A stretch of DNA of 64,000 nucleotides from an uncultured Gammaproteobacteria bacterium (GCA_964576435.1 CAZNUP010000001.1:226345-290344), one strand, 5' to 3'. Shown: positions 1-10,298, counted from the first letter of the stretch. Made by a program: numbers and translations. The notes: generated from the sequence alone by a model not told the origin.

Positions 1-2
1 CA

Positions 3-812
3 GCAACTGTTGAAAGGTTTACTCAACTAGTTGGCAACACAGGTACTTGTGGTTCAGCTCAAACTGACCTCTGCTTCTCGGAGAGTGGAGAAGGTCCAGC
101 TGAAACCTGTAGGGGTGCAACTGCCTATGCTGATAATGCTTGTGAAACCACCGAAACTGATTTCACTTGTCGATACATTGAATCTGTTCCAAAGGGGATT
201 ACAACAGTCACTCCCGGCCAAACAGTTGGTGTTAAGAATTCTACAGATGGTAGTACTGGAACTTGGGAATCCACTTGGACAGTAACGAGTAGCGGTTCAG
301 AAGTTGGCACTATAACTCCAGGTAACTACAACACAGCTAATTGGGTAGCGCCTTCCACTGCGGTTCCAGGTCAGACTTGGACCATCAAGACTACCGTTAA
401 AGATAAGCAGAAAGGTGATGGGAAAGCAGCTTGTGAGATGACTCTTACATATGGAACAGTCACAACTACACCAACCCCAACTGTAACGCCAACACCAACA
501 GTTACACCAACCCCATCCACACCGCCTTCATATAGGACATGTGAGAACGAAGCTTGTATCACAAAAGACGGCGTCGGACAAAGTTCGTGTGGTGTAAATG
601 CAGATTGTAAGAAAACCACTCATAAAGCTTGTGTTAATAACGCTTGTACCACTGTTAATGGTGGAGGTTCCGACTCTTGTACGTCAGATGCCTCCTGCCA
701 ACCAGCAGCAGTTCCACCTCCAATTCCCGAGTCTGGTAACACAGCTCTAACAATTGTCGGAGTGGTCTCAGGTATAGCAGCCTTAGGTGCCGCCCTCTTC
801 CTAGCCCTATAG
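3..812 (+). CDS. Cys-rich, Thr/Pro-rich surface protein with C-terminal LPXTG-like signal (5' partial)
   Basis: Frame 3 is open from the window edge (ATVERFTQLVGNTGTCGS...) into the 438..812 ORF. It has a (TP)n linker, Cys-rich repeats (CENEAC..SC / CVNNAC..SC), then IPESG and a terminal hydrophobic helix. Confidence 0.8.
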   Translation, partial: ATVERFTQLVGNTGTCGSAQTDLCFSESGEGPAETCRGATAYADNACETTETDFTCRYIESVPKGITTVTPGQTVGVKNSTDGSTGTWESTWTVTSSGSEVGTITPGNYNTANWVAPSTAVPGQTWTIKTTVKDKQKGDGKAACEMTLTYGTVTTTPTPTVTPTPTVTPTPSTPPSYRTCENEACITKDGVGQSSCGVNADCKKTTHKACVNNACTTVNGGGSDSCTSDASCQPAAVPPPIPESGNTALTIVGVVSGIAALGAALFLAL

Positions 813-834
813 AGATAGTCGCAACTCAAAGTTT

Positions 835-858
835 CACACACACACACACATATATATA
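835..858. repeat. (CA)8(TA)4 dinucleotide microsatellite
   Basis: cacacacacacacaca tatatata read directly in the intergenic DNA between convergent genes. Confidence 0.9.
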
Positions 859-992
859 AGTCCGTCCCTTATTGGTTTACTAGTTAGTCCTCACAGTTCT
901 TCGATTGGTATTAATGAAGTAGTAGTGTAGATATTGTTTTGAGTTCCAGCGTGCTTGTAACTATTCTGGAGGAGTGAAAGCTTTAAATCTTG

Positions 993-2075
993 TTAGTTCT
1001 TAGCGTTAATTTGTTTCTTGATGTAGCTTTGAATTTGCTTGAAATTTCCATCTTTTGGAAGAAGAATCCATCCTCTTTCATCAATTGGTTGGGGGTTAAC
1101 AAGCATCTTGTCATCTATGACAGCCGTTTTAAACTTGCCTGCTCTGTACTTTAAAGCTAGCCTTAAGAAAAGATTTATTTGTTTTGGGTCAGCATCTGTG
1201 TAGACATGTGCCTTCAAAAGATTGTAGAGCTGTTCAATCTTGGTTGGATTCAAGAAAGTTTGAGTCGAAAAGAACTTGTCCTTCACAGCACTAATTACTT
1301 GCTGTTGTCTAGCTGACCTAGCAAAGTCTGATCCCTCATTCCCGAGTGCATGTCTACTTCTGACAAACTTCAAAGCTGTTTCTCCATTCATATGAGTCAT
1401 TCCGGCATCGAAATGCAAATGTTCATACCAACACGGATCCTCTTCATCTTTTCCGTCGCAGTCTTTAACTTGGTCAAGCGGTAATGGGTATTTGTAATCA
1501 TCTAGTTGTCTTTTAACATCAATGTCCACTCCGCCAACAAGGTCAATAATTTGTTGGAATGCAGAAAAATCAACCACTACTCCGTAGTGAATTGGAAGTC
1601 CTGTAACTTGAGAAACAGTAGCTTTAGATAAAGCTAGTCCCGCATCCCTACTTTTTCCAGCGCCCTTAGCATAAGCATAGTTTATCTTATCTCCCAAAGA
1701 CTCCAGATATAAATCTCTTGGAAGAGAAATTAGAACTACTGGAGGGATTTTTGTATTATCGTCATCAAATTTTGTTTTAACCGACGCAATTAGGATGGTG
1801 TCAGATAGATTGGGGCCATCGTGGTTAGGTCCTCCAATTCCAAGAAGTAAAACATTGGTTCGTCCATTTGTATTTTTAATTTCACTTGTAGTTGGAATTA
1901 AAACTTGTGCAATGCTAATAGGCCCAAAAATAATGTCTTTTGCAACTCTAAGTAGCGGAAGAACTAAAACTGCAATTAAAATGAGTCCCGCCAAGCCAAG
2001 TCCAACAAACACCAATATTCTGGTGGCACGGTAGTTTGATAAAATTCGTCTTTTAATTCGACTGAAGGCTAGCAT
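993..2075 (-). CDS. LytR-CpsA-Psr (LCP) family protein
   Basis: N-terminal TM; NVLLLG, SDTILI, ISLPRDL, FVRSRH and SDFARSARQQ motifs. Start placed at ATG 2075. Confidence 0.92.
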   Translation of the reverse strand: MLAFSRIKRRILSNYRATRILVFVGLGLAGLILIAVLVLPLLRVAKDIIFGPISIAQVLIPTTSEIKNTNGRTNVLLLGIGGPNHDGPNLSDTILIASVKTKFDDDNTKIPPVVLISLPRDLYLESLGDKINYAYAKGAGKSRDAGLALSKATVSQVTGLPIHYGVVVDFSAFQQIIDLVGGVDIDVKRQLDDYKYPLPLDQVKDCDGKDEEDPCWYEHLHFDAGMTHMNGETALKFVRSRHALGNEGSDFARSARQQQVISAVKDKFFSTQTFLNPTKIEQLYNLLKAHVYTDADPKQINLFLRLALKYRAGKFKTAVIDDKMLVNPQPIDERGWILLPKDGNFKQIQSYIKKQINAKN

Positions 2076-2709
2076 GGTCAACTAATTTAAAAAATTCCTC
2101 TATATCAAGTGAAGCATGTCCAACAACGAACCCGGAAACAATATCTGCATACGAGCTAACATTTTCTGAATTAACACTGCCTCCATATAATATCTTGACC
2201 CCAACCGGCAATTTTTCTTTCCATTCGGAGACTGTTTTACTAACTAGTTCTGGGTCTACCGCATTTGATTTACCCTCCTTAGATATTGCTTCAAATGGTT
2301 CAAACATTACAAGGTATTTTTCGCCCGGTGTGTTTTTGGCAAGTTCGGGAATTTCGTCAAAATTTTGTGCACAGATAATTGGGGTAATATTATTGGCAAG
2401 TAATTTATCCATCTTCTTACCTACAATTTCTGTAGTTTCTCCAAAATACTTTCGTCTTTCGGAATGACCTATTAGAGTGTATTTGACATCAAGTTCTTTA
2501 AGAAGCCCCGCAGGAATTTCTCCCGTGTAAGCGCCCTCTGGAAAACTAGAGACATCCTGACTAGCTAGTGTAAGTGAACTTGAAGCCAGCAAAAATAACG
2601 CTGTATAAGGAGCCGCAACCACAATTTCAATATTTGGACCCACATCCGGGGTGGTTAGCCACGGAGTCACAGAAACATTATTTGCTTTCCAGTTGGCAAC
2701 AATAATCAT
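2053..2709 (-). CDS. tpiA: triosephosphate isomerase (short, divergent)
   Basis: VANWK, GAYTGE, IGHSERR, FEP and LYGGSV motifs. Confidence 0.92.
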   Translation of the reverse strand: MIIVANWKANNVSVTPWLTTPDVGPNIEIVVAAPYTALFLLASSSLTLASQDVSSFPEGAYTGEIPAGLLKELDVKYTLIGHSERRKYFGETTEIVGKKMDKLLANNITPIICAQNFDEIPELAKNTPGEKYLVMFEPFEAISKEGKSNAVDPELVSKTVSEWKEKLPVGVKILYGGSVNSENVSSYADIVSGFVVGHASLDIEEFFKLVDHASLQSN

Positions 2710-3377
2710 TTTTGAGCTAAAACAAATAAACTATCCCTTAACTCTGGGACAAGTTGACTAGGGTAAAAAACCAAGGCCTTACCAATCTTAACTCCAAAGC
2801 CCTCCTGATGCAATTTTTGTCGCATTGGGTTGTAAGCTCCAAAATGTTCAGCCTTTTTAACCTCAAATGAAGCCTTTTTAACCTCAGTTTTAACTTCAGA
2901 TAAAGTAAATTCTCTGTTGTGTCTGTGATAAGGTGATCCTTCAAATTGAAATATTGGAAAGTTCTGATTTTTTCCTGCCATAAGTTCCAATCGATGCTTT
3001 ATGTGGACTGCATTTGGTGTGGTAATCAAAAGAAAACCTCCAGGTTTTAAGACTTGGTGAAACTTCTTAAGATAAACTTGTGGATCGTATAGCATGTGTT
3101 CCATAACCTCTGAAAAAAGTATTAGGTCAAAGGTGTCTGCTTTGAATGGCATTTTGTCCGATTCAATATTCAGAGGAATAATATTTTTTTGATTTACCTT
3201 CTCGTGTTCCGAACTAATTCCGTACATGTCAAACCCCATGTCTTTTAGGCTCTTGAATAAATCCAGAGGAAAGCAACCAACGTCCAAAATTTTAGCCCCA
3301 TGAGGAAGATTTAATTCTTTGACTCTCTTTAATATATATTTATATCGATCTTGGTGTATTAAATAGTATTCGCTCAT
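2706..3377 (-). CDS. class I SAM-dependent methyltransferase (type 11-like)
   Basis: ILDVGC motif I, FDLILFSEVMEH, VLKPGG, TTPN. Confidence 0.88.
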   Translation of the reverse strand: MSEYYLIHQDRYKYILKRVKELNLPHGAKILDVGCFPLDLFKSLKDMGFDMYGISSEHEKVNQKNIIPLNIESDKMPFKADTFDLILFSEVMEHMLYDPQVYLKKFHQVLKPGGFLLITTPNAVHIKHRLELMAGKNQNFPIFQFEGSPYHRHNREFTLSEVKTEVKKASFEVKKAEHFGAYNPMRQKLHQEGFGVKIGKALVFYPSQLVPELRDSLFVLAQK

Positions 3378-3395
3378 GAGAAAATTGTACTCGAA

Positions 3396-5156
3396 ATGGA
3401 TGATATCTTAAAAGGACTAAACGATCGCCAACAGGCTGCAGTTACTTCAACAGCTGGTCCGGTTTTGATTTTAGCTGGAGCGGGAAGTGGAAAAACTCGT
3501 GTTTTAACTCATAGGGTAGCCTATTTAGCTTCAAAAGGAGTTTCTCCTGAAACTATACTGCTTGTGACTTTCACAAATAAAGCGGCAGTCGAGATGAAAG
3601 ACCGGGTGCAAAAACTATTAGGTTCAACCTCCCAGCCAGTTTCTGGAACCTTCCACAGCCTTTGCGCCCGAATCCTGAGGAAAAGTGGTAAGGAACTTAA
3701 GATTTCTCCAAATTTTGTGATCTATGACGATTCAGACTCTTTAGATCTAATTAAGGATGTTATGACTAGAATGAATCTTTCTCAAAAAGATTTCAACCCA
3801 AGAGCCGTTCTTGGAACAATTAGTCAAGCAAAAAACCAATTAATTTCCTCTTTAGAGTATCCACAATACGCTAGGGGTTTATTCCAAAAGACAGTATCAG
3901 ACATTTATATCTCCTACCAAAAACAACTAAGAGAGAACGAAGCACTAGATTTTGATGATCTTATTATGGACACGGTTCGCCTTTTTAGAACACCGGTTGT
4001 AGAGGAGTATCAAGATCGTTGGAAATATATTTTAGTCGACGAATACCAAGATACTAATTTTGCACAGTTTGAACTGACAAAATTGCTTGCCAAAAAATAT
4101 AAAAATATTTGTGTAGTTGGTGATTTTTCTCAATCAATCTATTCTTGGAGAGGTGCGGATTTTAGAAACCTTCTTAATTTCAAAATTGAGTTTCCTCAAG
4201 TTAAAACATTCAACCTTGAACAAAACTATAGATCAAGTCAAAAAATACTCGATGCTGCTTTCAATGTAATTTCCAAAAACAAGTCGCACCCAATCTTAAA
4301 ATTGTGGACAGAAAACAATGCCGGCGAGAGTTTGGTTCTATTTGAAGCAAGGAATGAACAAGATGAAGCAAAATATATAATTTCAGAATTATCAGATGAT
4401 TACTCAAGGTTTGCAGTTCTTTATAGAACCAATGCCCAATCCCGTGCCATTGAAGAAGCCTTTCTCCACGCTGGTATCCCTTACACACTTGTTGGTGGTA
4501 CCAGATTCTATGACCGAAAAGAAATTAAGGACGTTTTGTCGTATCTAAGATTAATTCACAATCCCAAAGATACCGTTTCCTATAAAAGATTAGAAAAACT
4601 AGGGAAAGGCAGACTTCAGAAGTTTAACGATCATACTTTTTCAGAAGCTCCAACTCTTGAGTTACTAGACAAAGTTCTAGAAATAACTAACTATTTAGAT
4701 CTCTTTGATTTAGAGAACGAAGAAGACTTGGGTCGTCTAGAAAATATTAAAGAATTGAGATCAGTTGCTCAAGAATTTCCAGTTCTTGGGGAGTTTTTAG
4801 AAAATGTCTCCCTTGTTGAAAAAGAAAGCAATAAGAATAAAAGTTCAGGTGGAGCAGTGACTTTAATGACTTTGCATGCTGCTAAAGGTTTAGAATTCCC
4901 AGTTGTGTTCATTGTTGGAATGGAAGAGGGAATCTTTCCTCATTCAAGAAGTCTGATGGATTCGTCTGAGATGGAAGAGGAACGCCGTCTTTGTTATGTA
5001 GGAATAACAAGGGCCCGGGAAAAGCTATATTTAACGTATGCTAGAAAGCGTCTCTTCTTTGGAACTAGAAGTTCAAACCTTCAAAGTAGATTTTTAGCAG
5101 ATATTCCAGAAGAATTATTAGAGACTAAATTTAGCTCCAGTTTAAGTGACTTTTAG
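3396..5156 (+). CDS. pcrA: PcrA/UvrD SF1 DNA helicase (compact, no C-terminal Tudor domain)
   Basis: AGAGSGKT, VDEYQD, QNYRS, HAAKGLEF, EEERRLCYVGITRA. Confidence 0.93.
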   Translation: MDDILKGLNDRQQAAVTSTAGPVLILAGAGSGKTRVLTHRVAYLASKGVSPETILLVTFTNKAAVEMKDRVQKLLGSTSQPVSGTFHSLCARILRKSGKELKISPNFVIYDDSDSLDLIKDVMTRMNLSQKDFNPRAVLGTISQAKNQLISSLEYPQYARGLFQKTVSDIYISYQKQLRENEALDFDDLIMDTVRLFRTPVVEEYQDRWKYILVDEYQDTNFAQFELTKLLAKKYKNICVVGDFSQSIYSWRGADFRNLLNFKIEFPQVKTFNLEQNYRSSQKILDAAFNVISKNKSHPILKLWTENNAGESLVLFEARNEQDEAKYIISELSDDYSRFAVLYRTNAQSRAIEEAFLHAGIPYTLVGGTRFYDRKEIKDVLSYLRLIHNPKDTVSYKRLEKLGKGRLQKFNDHTFSEAPTLELLDKVLEITNYLDLFDLENEEDLGRLENIKELRSVAQEFPVLGEFLENVSLVEKESNKNKSSGGAVTLMTLHAAKGLEFPVVFIVGMEEGIFPHSRSLMDSSEMEEERRLCYVGITRAREKLYLTYARKRLFFGTRSSNLQSRFLADIPEELLETKFSSSLSDF

Positions 5157-6584
5157 AATAACCACTCCATCAACGGTTCCAATAATCTCATAAAACTTTG
5201 AAGCAAAATTTTCTAGCTCGGGAAATTTAAAGTGACTCTTTTGGGAAATAAGAATCAATTTAGGTGGATTTTCTTTTAAACTGTCAATTATTAATTGATA
5301 GTTGGTTGGAGATACAGTTGTTAAGTGATGTGCCTGTATGAACTTTGTTGCTGGAGTTCTTTCAGATAGTACATAGACATTTGCTCGATCATCCCAAACA
5401 AAAATTTTATCATCTCGACTAGCGTTGTCCCGAACAATCTCCGCTAGTTTATAAGTTTGTATGGTGTTTGGATCAAAAAAGTTTGTATATTCAGTCCACG
5501 TCTTTCTTTCTGAAATAAAATTGTAGAAATTTTTATAGTAAGGAATGCCATGTAGATGAAATGCCGTATTAAAATTCCAAACCACATAACCAATAAATAT
5601 AAGTGTAATTGCTAAGTACCAAAAATAACTTTTTCTATTCTTAATTAAGTATGTTACAAGAATTACTGCTGCTGGTATAACTTGAATTAGGTAGTGCATG
5701 TAATGTCTGTTCGACAAAAGAGATCCGTACAAAGAAAAGATAAACCATAGTGCAAAAAGAAGTAGTTCCTTAGAAATTTTCTTCTTGAGGAACAATAGAA
5801 TCATTCCAGCTGATGTTAAAACTAAAGCAAGTCCTTTTGTAAAGAGGGGGTTGGATAGATTTGAAAATGGACCAGAGTCAGTTGCCACATAAGATGCATT
5901 TTGAGAAAATGCCGCAGTGACAAAATCGCCAAACGTCTGATTTATTAAAAAATAGAACCCTATAAGTGCTACAGGAATTAAAAATCCAATTCCAATTGGA
6001 AAAAATGTTTCCCAAAGAGCTTTAATAAAGACTTTAGGCTTGTTTTTATTCCAAAGCATTTCAAAAAGAAACACTCCCAGGAAAACAAACATCCCAAGGA
6101 AATCAAAAATCGCTGGGACTTTAATTAGAAATGCAATTCCAGCTAAAGTACCAATGCCAAGAAGTATATTTCTATCTTTCCCAATACCCTTAACTTTCGT
6201 AACTAAGTAAGCTCCCCAGACAATTGGAAGGACAATAAATAGTTCTGCATTAGCAATTGTTCCTTCAAAATAGGGTAGTGAAAGTAAAATCCCTGCAACG
6301 AGTGTTGCTAGCCAAGATTTAGTTATCTTATAAATCCCAACACATGTTATAAGCACAAAAACTGTAGCCATGATTTTTGCAAACCACAAAACTGGAAGAA
6401 TTGCATATATGAAGTAAAGAAGTGGAGTCTTGTTGTCCCAAATGTCCCTATATAGTATTCCTCCCTTGTGAATAACCTGTCCAAGCACTAAATAGATTCC
6501 CTCGTCACCATACCAGTTCGGTTCAAAAAGTGAGGGCAGCCGTAAAATAAAAATGGCCAGTAAAACCAAAAAAAGCTTTTTCAC
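5142..6584 (-). CDS. GT-C fold membrane glycosyltransferase (ArnT/PMT-like)
   Basis: First-loop YGDEGIY, LYRDIWDNKTP, many TM helices, C-terminal soluble domain. Confidence 0.75.
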   Translation of the reverse strand: MKKLFLVLLAIFILRLPSLFEPNWYGDEGIYLVLGQVIHKGGILYRDIWDNKTPLLYFIYAILPVLWFAKIMATVFVLITCVGIYKITKSWLATLVAGILLSLPYFEGTIANAELFIVLPIVWGAYLVTKVKGIGKDRNILLGIGTLAGIAFLIKVPAIFDFLGMFVFLGVFLFEMLWNKNKPKVFIKALWETFFPIGIGFLIPVALIGFYFLINQTFGDFVTAAFSQNASYVATDSGPFSNLSNPLFTKGLALVLTSAGMILLFLKKKISKELLLFALWFIFSLYGSLLSNRHYMHYLIQVIPAAVILVTYLIKNRKSYFWYLAITLIFIGYVVWNFNTAFHLHGIPYYKNFYNFISERKTWTEYTNFFDPNTIQTYKLAEIVRDNASRDDKIFVWDDRANVYVLSERTPATKFIQAHHLTTVSPTNYQLIIDSLKENPPKLILISQKSHFKFPELENFASKFYEIIGTVDGVVILKVT

Positions 6585-8083
6585 TTATCGGCAATTTTTT
6601 CAGTAACTCTATATCCCATATATTTCCCGAGCATCAGTCTTGTTTGTGATTCCAGTCCAGGTAGAGAACCAAACACAAGTCCCACAAATGGAAGAACCAG
6701 CCACTGAAGGTATGTAAATGGGTGTAGGAAGGTTACGAACTTTCTTTTTTTCCCCGGATCAAGAAGTACATCAACAATAGCAATAGCAATAATTCCAAGA
6801 AGACAAAGTGTCAAAATAAATCCACTAACTCTAGATAAATTAAATCCAAGTGTAGTTCTGGCAAATGTTGGGTTTAAGATAGTTGGAATAAGTGCACCAA
6901 GTGTAATTAAGTACCACGAAGTTCCCCATAAAAAGTGTTGTTCCAAAGCAACTGTAATTTTCAAAAACTTTTGTACAAACGGAATCTTCGTGTCGGAGAA
7001 AAACATCTTTATAGTGTATGGAATATCAACTGCTCCCCATGCCCATCTTTTAACTTGCTCATAGTAGTTTTTGTATGATTTCCACCTACTTGTTGACTCA
7101 GCAGCGTCTAAATAAGTAGGTAAGAATAGTGGTACAACTTCAAGTTGTCCTTCGGTTGCAAAATAAGCCTTAAGATTTATATGCCAGTCTTCTGGAATAA
7201 CATCCAAATCCCAATAACCAACAAAGTCTAGAAGCTTCAATGAAAGAGAATATGTCGAATAGTTCATTATTCTTGACCGAGGTTTAGCAAGAACCGCCAA
7301 ATTATTTATGCTTCCAACAATGTTGGGGACACGAGTTAGGAATGGTAGTCTGTTTATGTTGTTGTAAGCAAGTAAAGCGCTTTGGAAAAACTGGGTAAAT
7401 GGTTTTTTAGAAGCTAAAAATTTAACTGTGAGAAGCGGTAAAAATTGTCTATGGAATACTACGTCAACATCGCAAGTTGTAACAATGATATTTTCAATAG
7501 GTATATGTTTTTTGTTGACTAATAAGTCTTTTGTATATTTTGCTGCAAACGTATTATTGCTGTGTTTTCCAATAGTTTCTCCAACTTTCATAATGTGATA
7601 AGTATCAATAATTCCAGCAAACACATTCTTGTAAGTTTTCTTAACCATTTCAGCCCGTTTCTTAGCAGGTTCTCCTTCGCGTTCCTCCATAGCAAGAACA
7701 ATATAAACTTGCTTCAAGGGAAAGTTTTGATTAGCTAAAGAGGCGACATTTCGCATCAAGATCTCATCTGGTTCAGCTACATTTGGGATTACAATCGCAT
7801 GGACTATCTTTGTGGGATCTTCAATCTTTGAAAGCCAATCTATTTTTACTGTAGCTCTCAAGTTGAGATATCCAACAATAATCCCGATAGTCATCTGCCC
7901 AGATTTATAAAGCCAAAAGACGTTGAAAGCTATAACAAAATAGGCAACAAGCTCTGGGACTACAAAACTCCCAACAATTAAGAATGCTATAAGTAGCCAT
8001 GGAATAAGACCAGTAAGGATCTCCAACCCCCTTTGGGTTTTAACTGGGTGATATGCCATGTAGTCGCGAATGAATTCGCTCAT
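6581..8083 (-). CDS. GT2 family membrane (processive-type) glycosyltransferase
   Basis: DxD (CDVD), PEDW and QVKRW (QxxRW) motifs with flanking TM helices. Confidence 0.85.
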   Translation of the reverse strand: MSEFIRDYMAYHPVKTQRGLEILTGLIPWLLIAFLIVGSFVVPELVAYFVIAFNVFWLYKSGQMTIGIIVGYLNLRATVKIDWLSKIEDPTKIVHAIVIPNVAEPDEILMRNVASLANQNFPLKQVYIVLAMEEREGEPAKKRAEMVKKTYKNVFAGIIDTYHIMKVGETIGKHSNNTFAAKYTKDLLVNKKHIPIENIIVTTCDVDVVFHRQFLPLLTVKFLASKKPFTQFFQSALLAYNNINRLPFLTRVPNIVGSINNLAVLAKPRSRIMNYSTYSLSLKLLDFVGYWDLDVIPEDWHINLKAYFATEGQLEVVPLFLPTYLDAAESTSRWKSYKNYYEQVKRWAWGAVDIPYTIKMFFSDTKIPFVQKFLKITVALEQHFLWGTSWYLITLGALIPTILNPTFARTTLGFNLSRVSGFILTLCLLGIIAIAIVDVLLDPGKKRKFVTFLHPFTYLQWLVLPFVGLVFGSLPGLESQTRLMLGKYMGYRVTEKIADK

Positions 8084-8820
8084 ATCTTAAAAAGTGTTTC
8101 TGTATTTATGGTGGTTTGCTTGCAAATTTCCTCAAAACTCATACCCTTGACCTCTGCCAGTTTCTCTGCCACAATTTTAACATTTTCAGGTGAATTTGGT
8201 TTCCCACGGTGTGGTTCTGGAGTTAAAAATGGACTATCAGTTTCAACTAGGATTCGCTCAATTGGAGCGGCTTTTGCCAAGTCTCTAAGCCCTTGAGCAT
8301 TTTTAAATGTAACATTTCCTGCAAAAGAAATATAAAACCCAGGCATAAGCTTAATAATAGTGTTTAGATAATTTACATCTCCTGAGAAGCAATGAAACAC
8401 TCCCTTGAGTTTGGCTAGTTTGTGTCCAAATATGCTAATTAACTCTTCCTGAGCGTCTCTTATGTGAAGTATTAGAGGTAAATTGTATTTTTCAGCAATT
8501 TCTATTTGCCTTTCAAAAAGTTTTATCTGCCTTTCACTATCTTTTGATCTAGAATAGTCGAGCCCGCACTCACCAATTGCAACAGATTTTTTAGCCAAAA
8601 ATTCGAATTTTTCCCAATCAATTGTTTCGACTTTGGATTTGGGGTCATCATTAGGGTGAATTCCAACTGTAGGGAATAAACCGCCGTGTCTGCCGGCCAT
8701 TTCGATTGCCTTTTCCGAATCTTCAATTGATGTTCCCACAACTACAATCTTGGATACGCCCGCAAAATCAAATTCATTAAAACCAGGGAAGTTTATATGG
8801 GCATGTGAATCAATAAGCAT
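8080..8820 (-). CDS. tatD: TatD family deoxyribonuclease
   Basis: DSHAH, GIHP, IGECGLDY, HCFSG, ETDSPFL; follows metG. Confidence 0.93.
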   Translation of the reverse strand: MLIDSHAHINFPGFNEFDFAGVSKIVVVGTSIEDSEKAIEMAGRHGGLFPTVGIHPNDDPKSKVETIDWEKFEFLAKKSVAIGECGLDYSRSKDSERQIKLFERQIEIAEKYNLPLILHIRDAQEELISIFGHKLAKLKGVFHCFSGDVNYLNTIIKLMPGFYISFAGNVTFKNAQGLRDLAKAAPIERILVETDSPFLTPEPHRGKPNSPENVKIVAEKLAEVKGMSFEEICKQTTINTETLFKI

Positions 8821-8830
8821 TCTACTAATT

Positions 8831-10252
8831 TTAGCTTATTCGTGGGAAAAGGGGAGTTGAAGCTTTAACCTTTCCACTAAATTGTCTTAAAATCTTTTCT
8901 GACGTTTCGGGCAAAAACGGTTGCAAATTATAAGCAATCAAATTTATCTCCCGAACAGCCCCTTTGAGAAAATTACTTAGATCCCTTTCCTCTAATTTCC
9001 AAGGTTCCTTTTCGCTTATAAGTAAGTCCAGTTGCTTGATTCTTTTCCATATATTTTGGATTGCGAAATCAATCCGGTATGTTTTTAGGTTTTCCTCTAT
9101 ATCCTCAAACACATCCACATTTGGACTGCTTTCAAAGCTGGATTTCTCTGCTAGTTTTGCCACTCTCGCAACAAGGTTTCCAAGCCCATTAGCAAGGTCA
9201 GCATTATATGCTTCCTTGAACTTTTCATCAGAGTAATCGCCATCATCAAAAAGTGGAGTTTTAGCAAGGAAATAATATCTAACCGGATCTGTTCCAAACT
9301 TTTCAATAAGTTCAAAAGGGTCTATGGTGTTACCAAGGGTCTTTGATATTTTTTGGCCATTAACTGTGTAGTATCCATGAATTAAGACGGCTTTAGGTAG
9401 TGACAATCCCGCAGATAATAAAAATGCTGGCCAATAAACTGCATGAAATCTGGTGATTCCTTTACCAATTACATGCACATCCGCTGGCCACCATTTTTTA
9501 TAGCTTTTCTCGTCCCATCCAAACCCTACCCCAGTTTGGTAAATATTAAGTGCGTCAAACCAAACATAAATTCTTTGAGAATCGTCTCCAGGAACTGGAA
9601 TGCCCCAATTTTTTGCTCGTTCGTTTGATCTGGAAATTGATAAATCAGGAACATCTCCAGAAAGCCACCCAAGTACTTCATTCTTTCTAAAGTCTGGATA
9701 GATTTTTAGCTCGTTGGAATTTATAATTTCCAAAAGCTTTTCTTTATATTTAGACAGTTTGAAAAAGTAGTTTTCCTCTTCAACTTCATCCAACTTTTTT
9801 CCCGGATGTTCAAAACACTCTCCTTTTTCGTTTAACTCTTCTGGCTCATAAAATTGTTCGCACCCAACACAATAAAGTCCCTTATATTTTTTCTTATAAA
9901 TATCTCCATTTTTGGCACAAAGTTCCCATAGCTTTTGGCTGGCAGCATAATGGTGCCTTTCATCACTACCTCTTTGCCAAATATCGATGGACACATTTAA
10001 TTTCTTAACAAGATCTTCAAACTCACCATTATGTAAATCAATAAACTCTCGAATTGGTTGTCTGGCTTTTTCAGCGGCCTGTACATTTTTGAGCGCATTT
10101 TCATCTGCGCCGGACAAATATCTAACTTCTTTTCCATTAAGTCTATTAAACCTTGCAATTGCATCTGCTTGCACAGACTCGAGTGCCCACCCAATGTGAG
10201 GTTTTGCATTTACATAAGGTATTGCAGCTGTGATATAAAATTTATTATTCAT
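8831..10252 (-). CDS. metG: methionyl-tRNA synthetase (short form, no C-terminal tRNA-binding domain)
   Basis: FYITAAIPYVN, HIGW (HIGH variant), Zn knuckle CVGC..C, YVWFDAL, GKGITRFH, KISKT. Confidence 0.95.
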   Translation of the reverse strand: MNNKFYITAAIPYVNAKPHIGWALESVQADAIARFNRLNGKEVRYLSGADENALKNVQAAEKARQPIREFIDLHNGEFEDLVKKLNVSIDIWQRGSDERHHYAASQKLWELCAKNGDIYKKKYKGLYCVGCEQFYEPEELNEKGECFEHPGKKLDEVEEENYFFKLSKYKEKLLEIINSNELKIYPDFRKNEVLGWLSGDVPDLSISRSNERAKNWGIPVPGDDSQRIYVWFDALNIYQTGVGFGWDEKSYKKWWPADVHVIGKGITRFHAVYWPAFLLSAGLSLPKAVLIHGYYTVNGQKISKTLGNTIDPFELIEKFGTDPVRYYFLAKTPLFDDGDYSDEKFKEAYNADLANGLGNLVARVAKLAEKSSFESSPNVDVFEDIEENLKTYRIDFAIQNIWKRIKQLDLLISEKEPWKLEERDLSNFLKGAVREINLIAYNLQPFLPETSEKILRQFSGKVKASTPLFPRIS

Positions 10253-10271
10253 AATTTCTCCTATTTTAGCA

Positions 10272-10298
10272 TTAAAAAATCCCGCCGTTTGCGGGATT
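10272..10298 (-). terminator. intrinsic terminator in metG 5' leader
   Basis: Minus strand AATCCCGC-AAACG-GCGGGATT followed by more Ts, about 20 nt upstream of the metG ATG. Confidence 0.8.

Noticed and set aside
2053-2709. tpiA as a pseudogene
   Set aside because: Loop motifs are divergent (FEPFEAIS, GHASL), but the catalytic Lys, His and Glu and the reading frame are intact.
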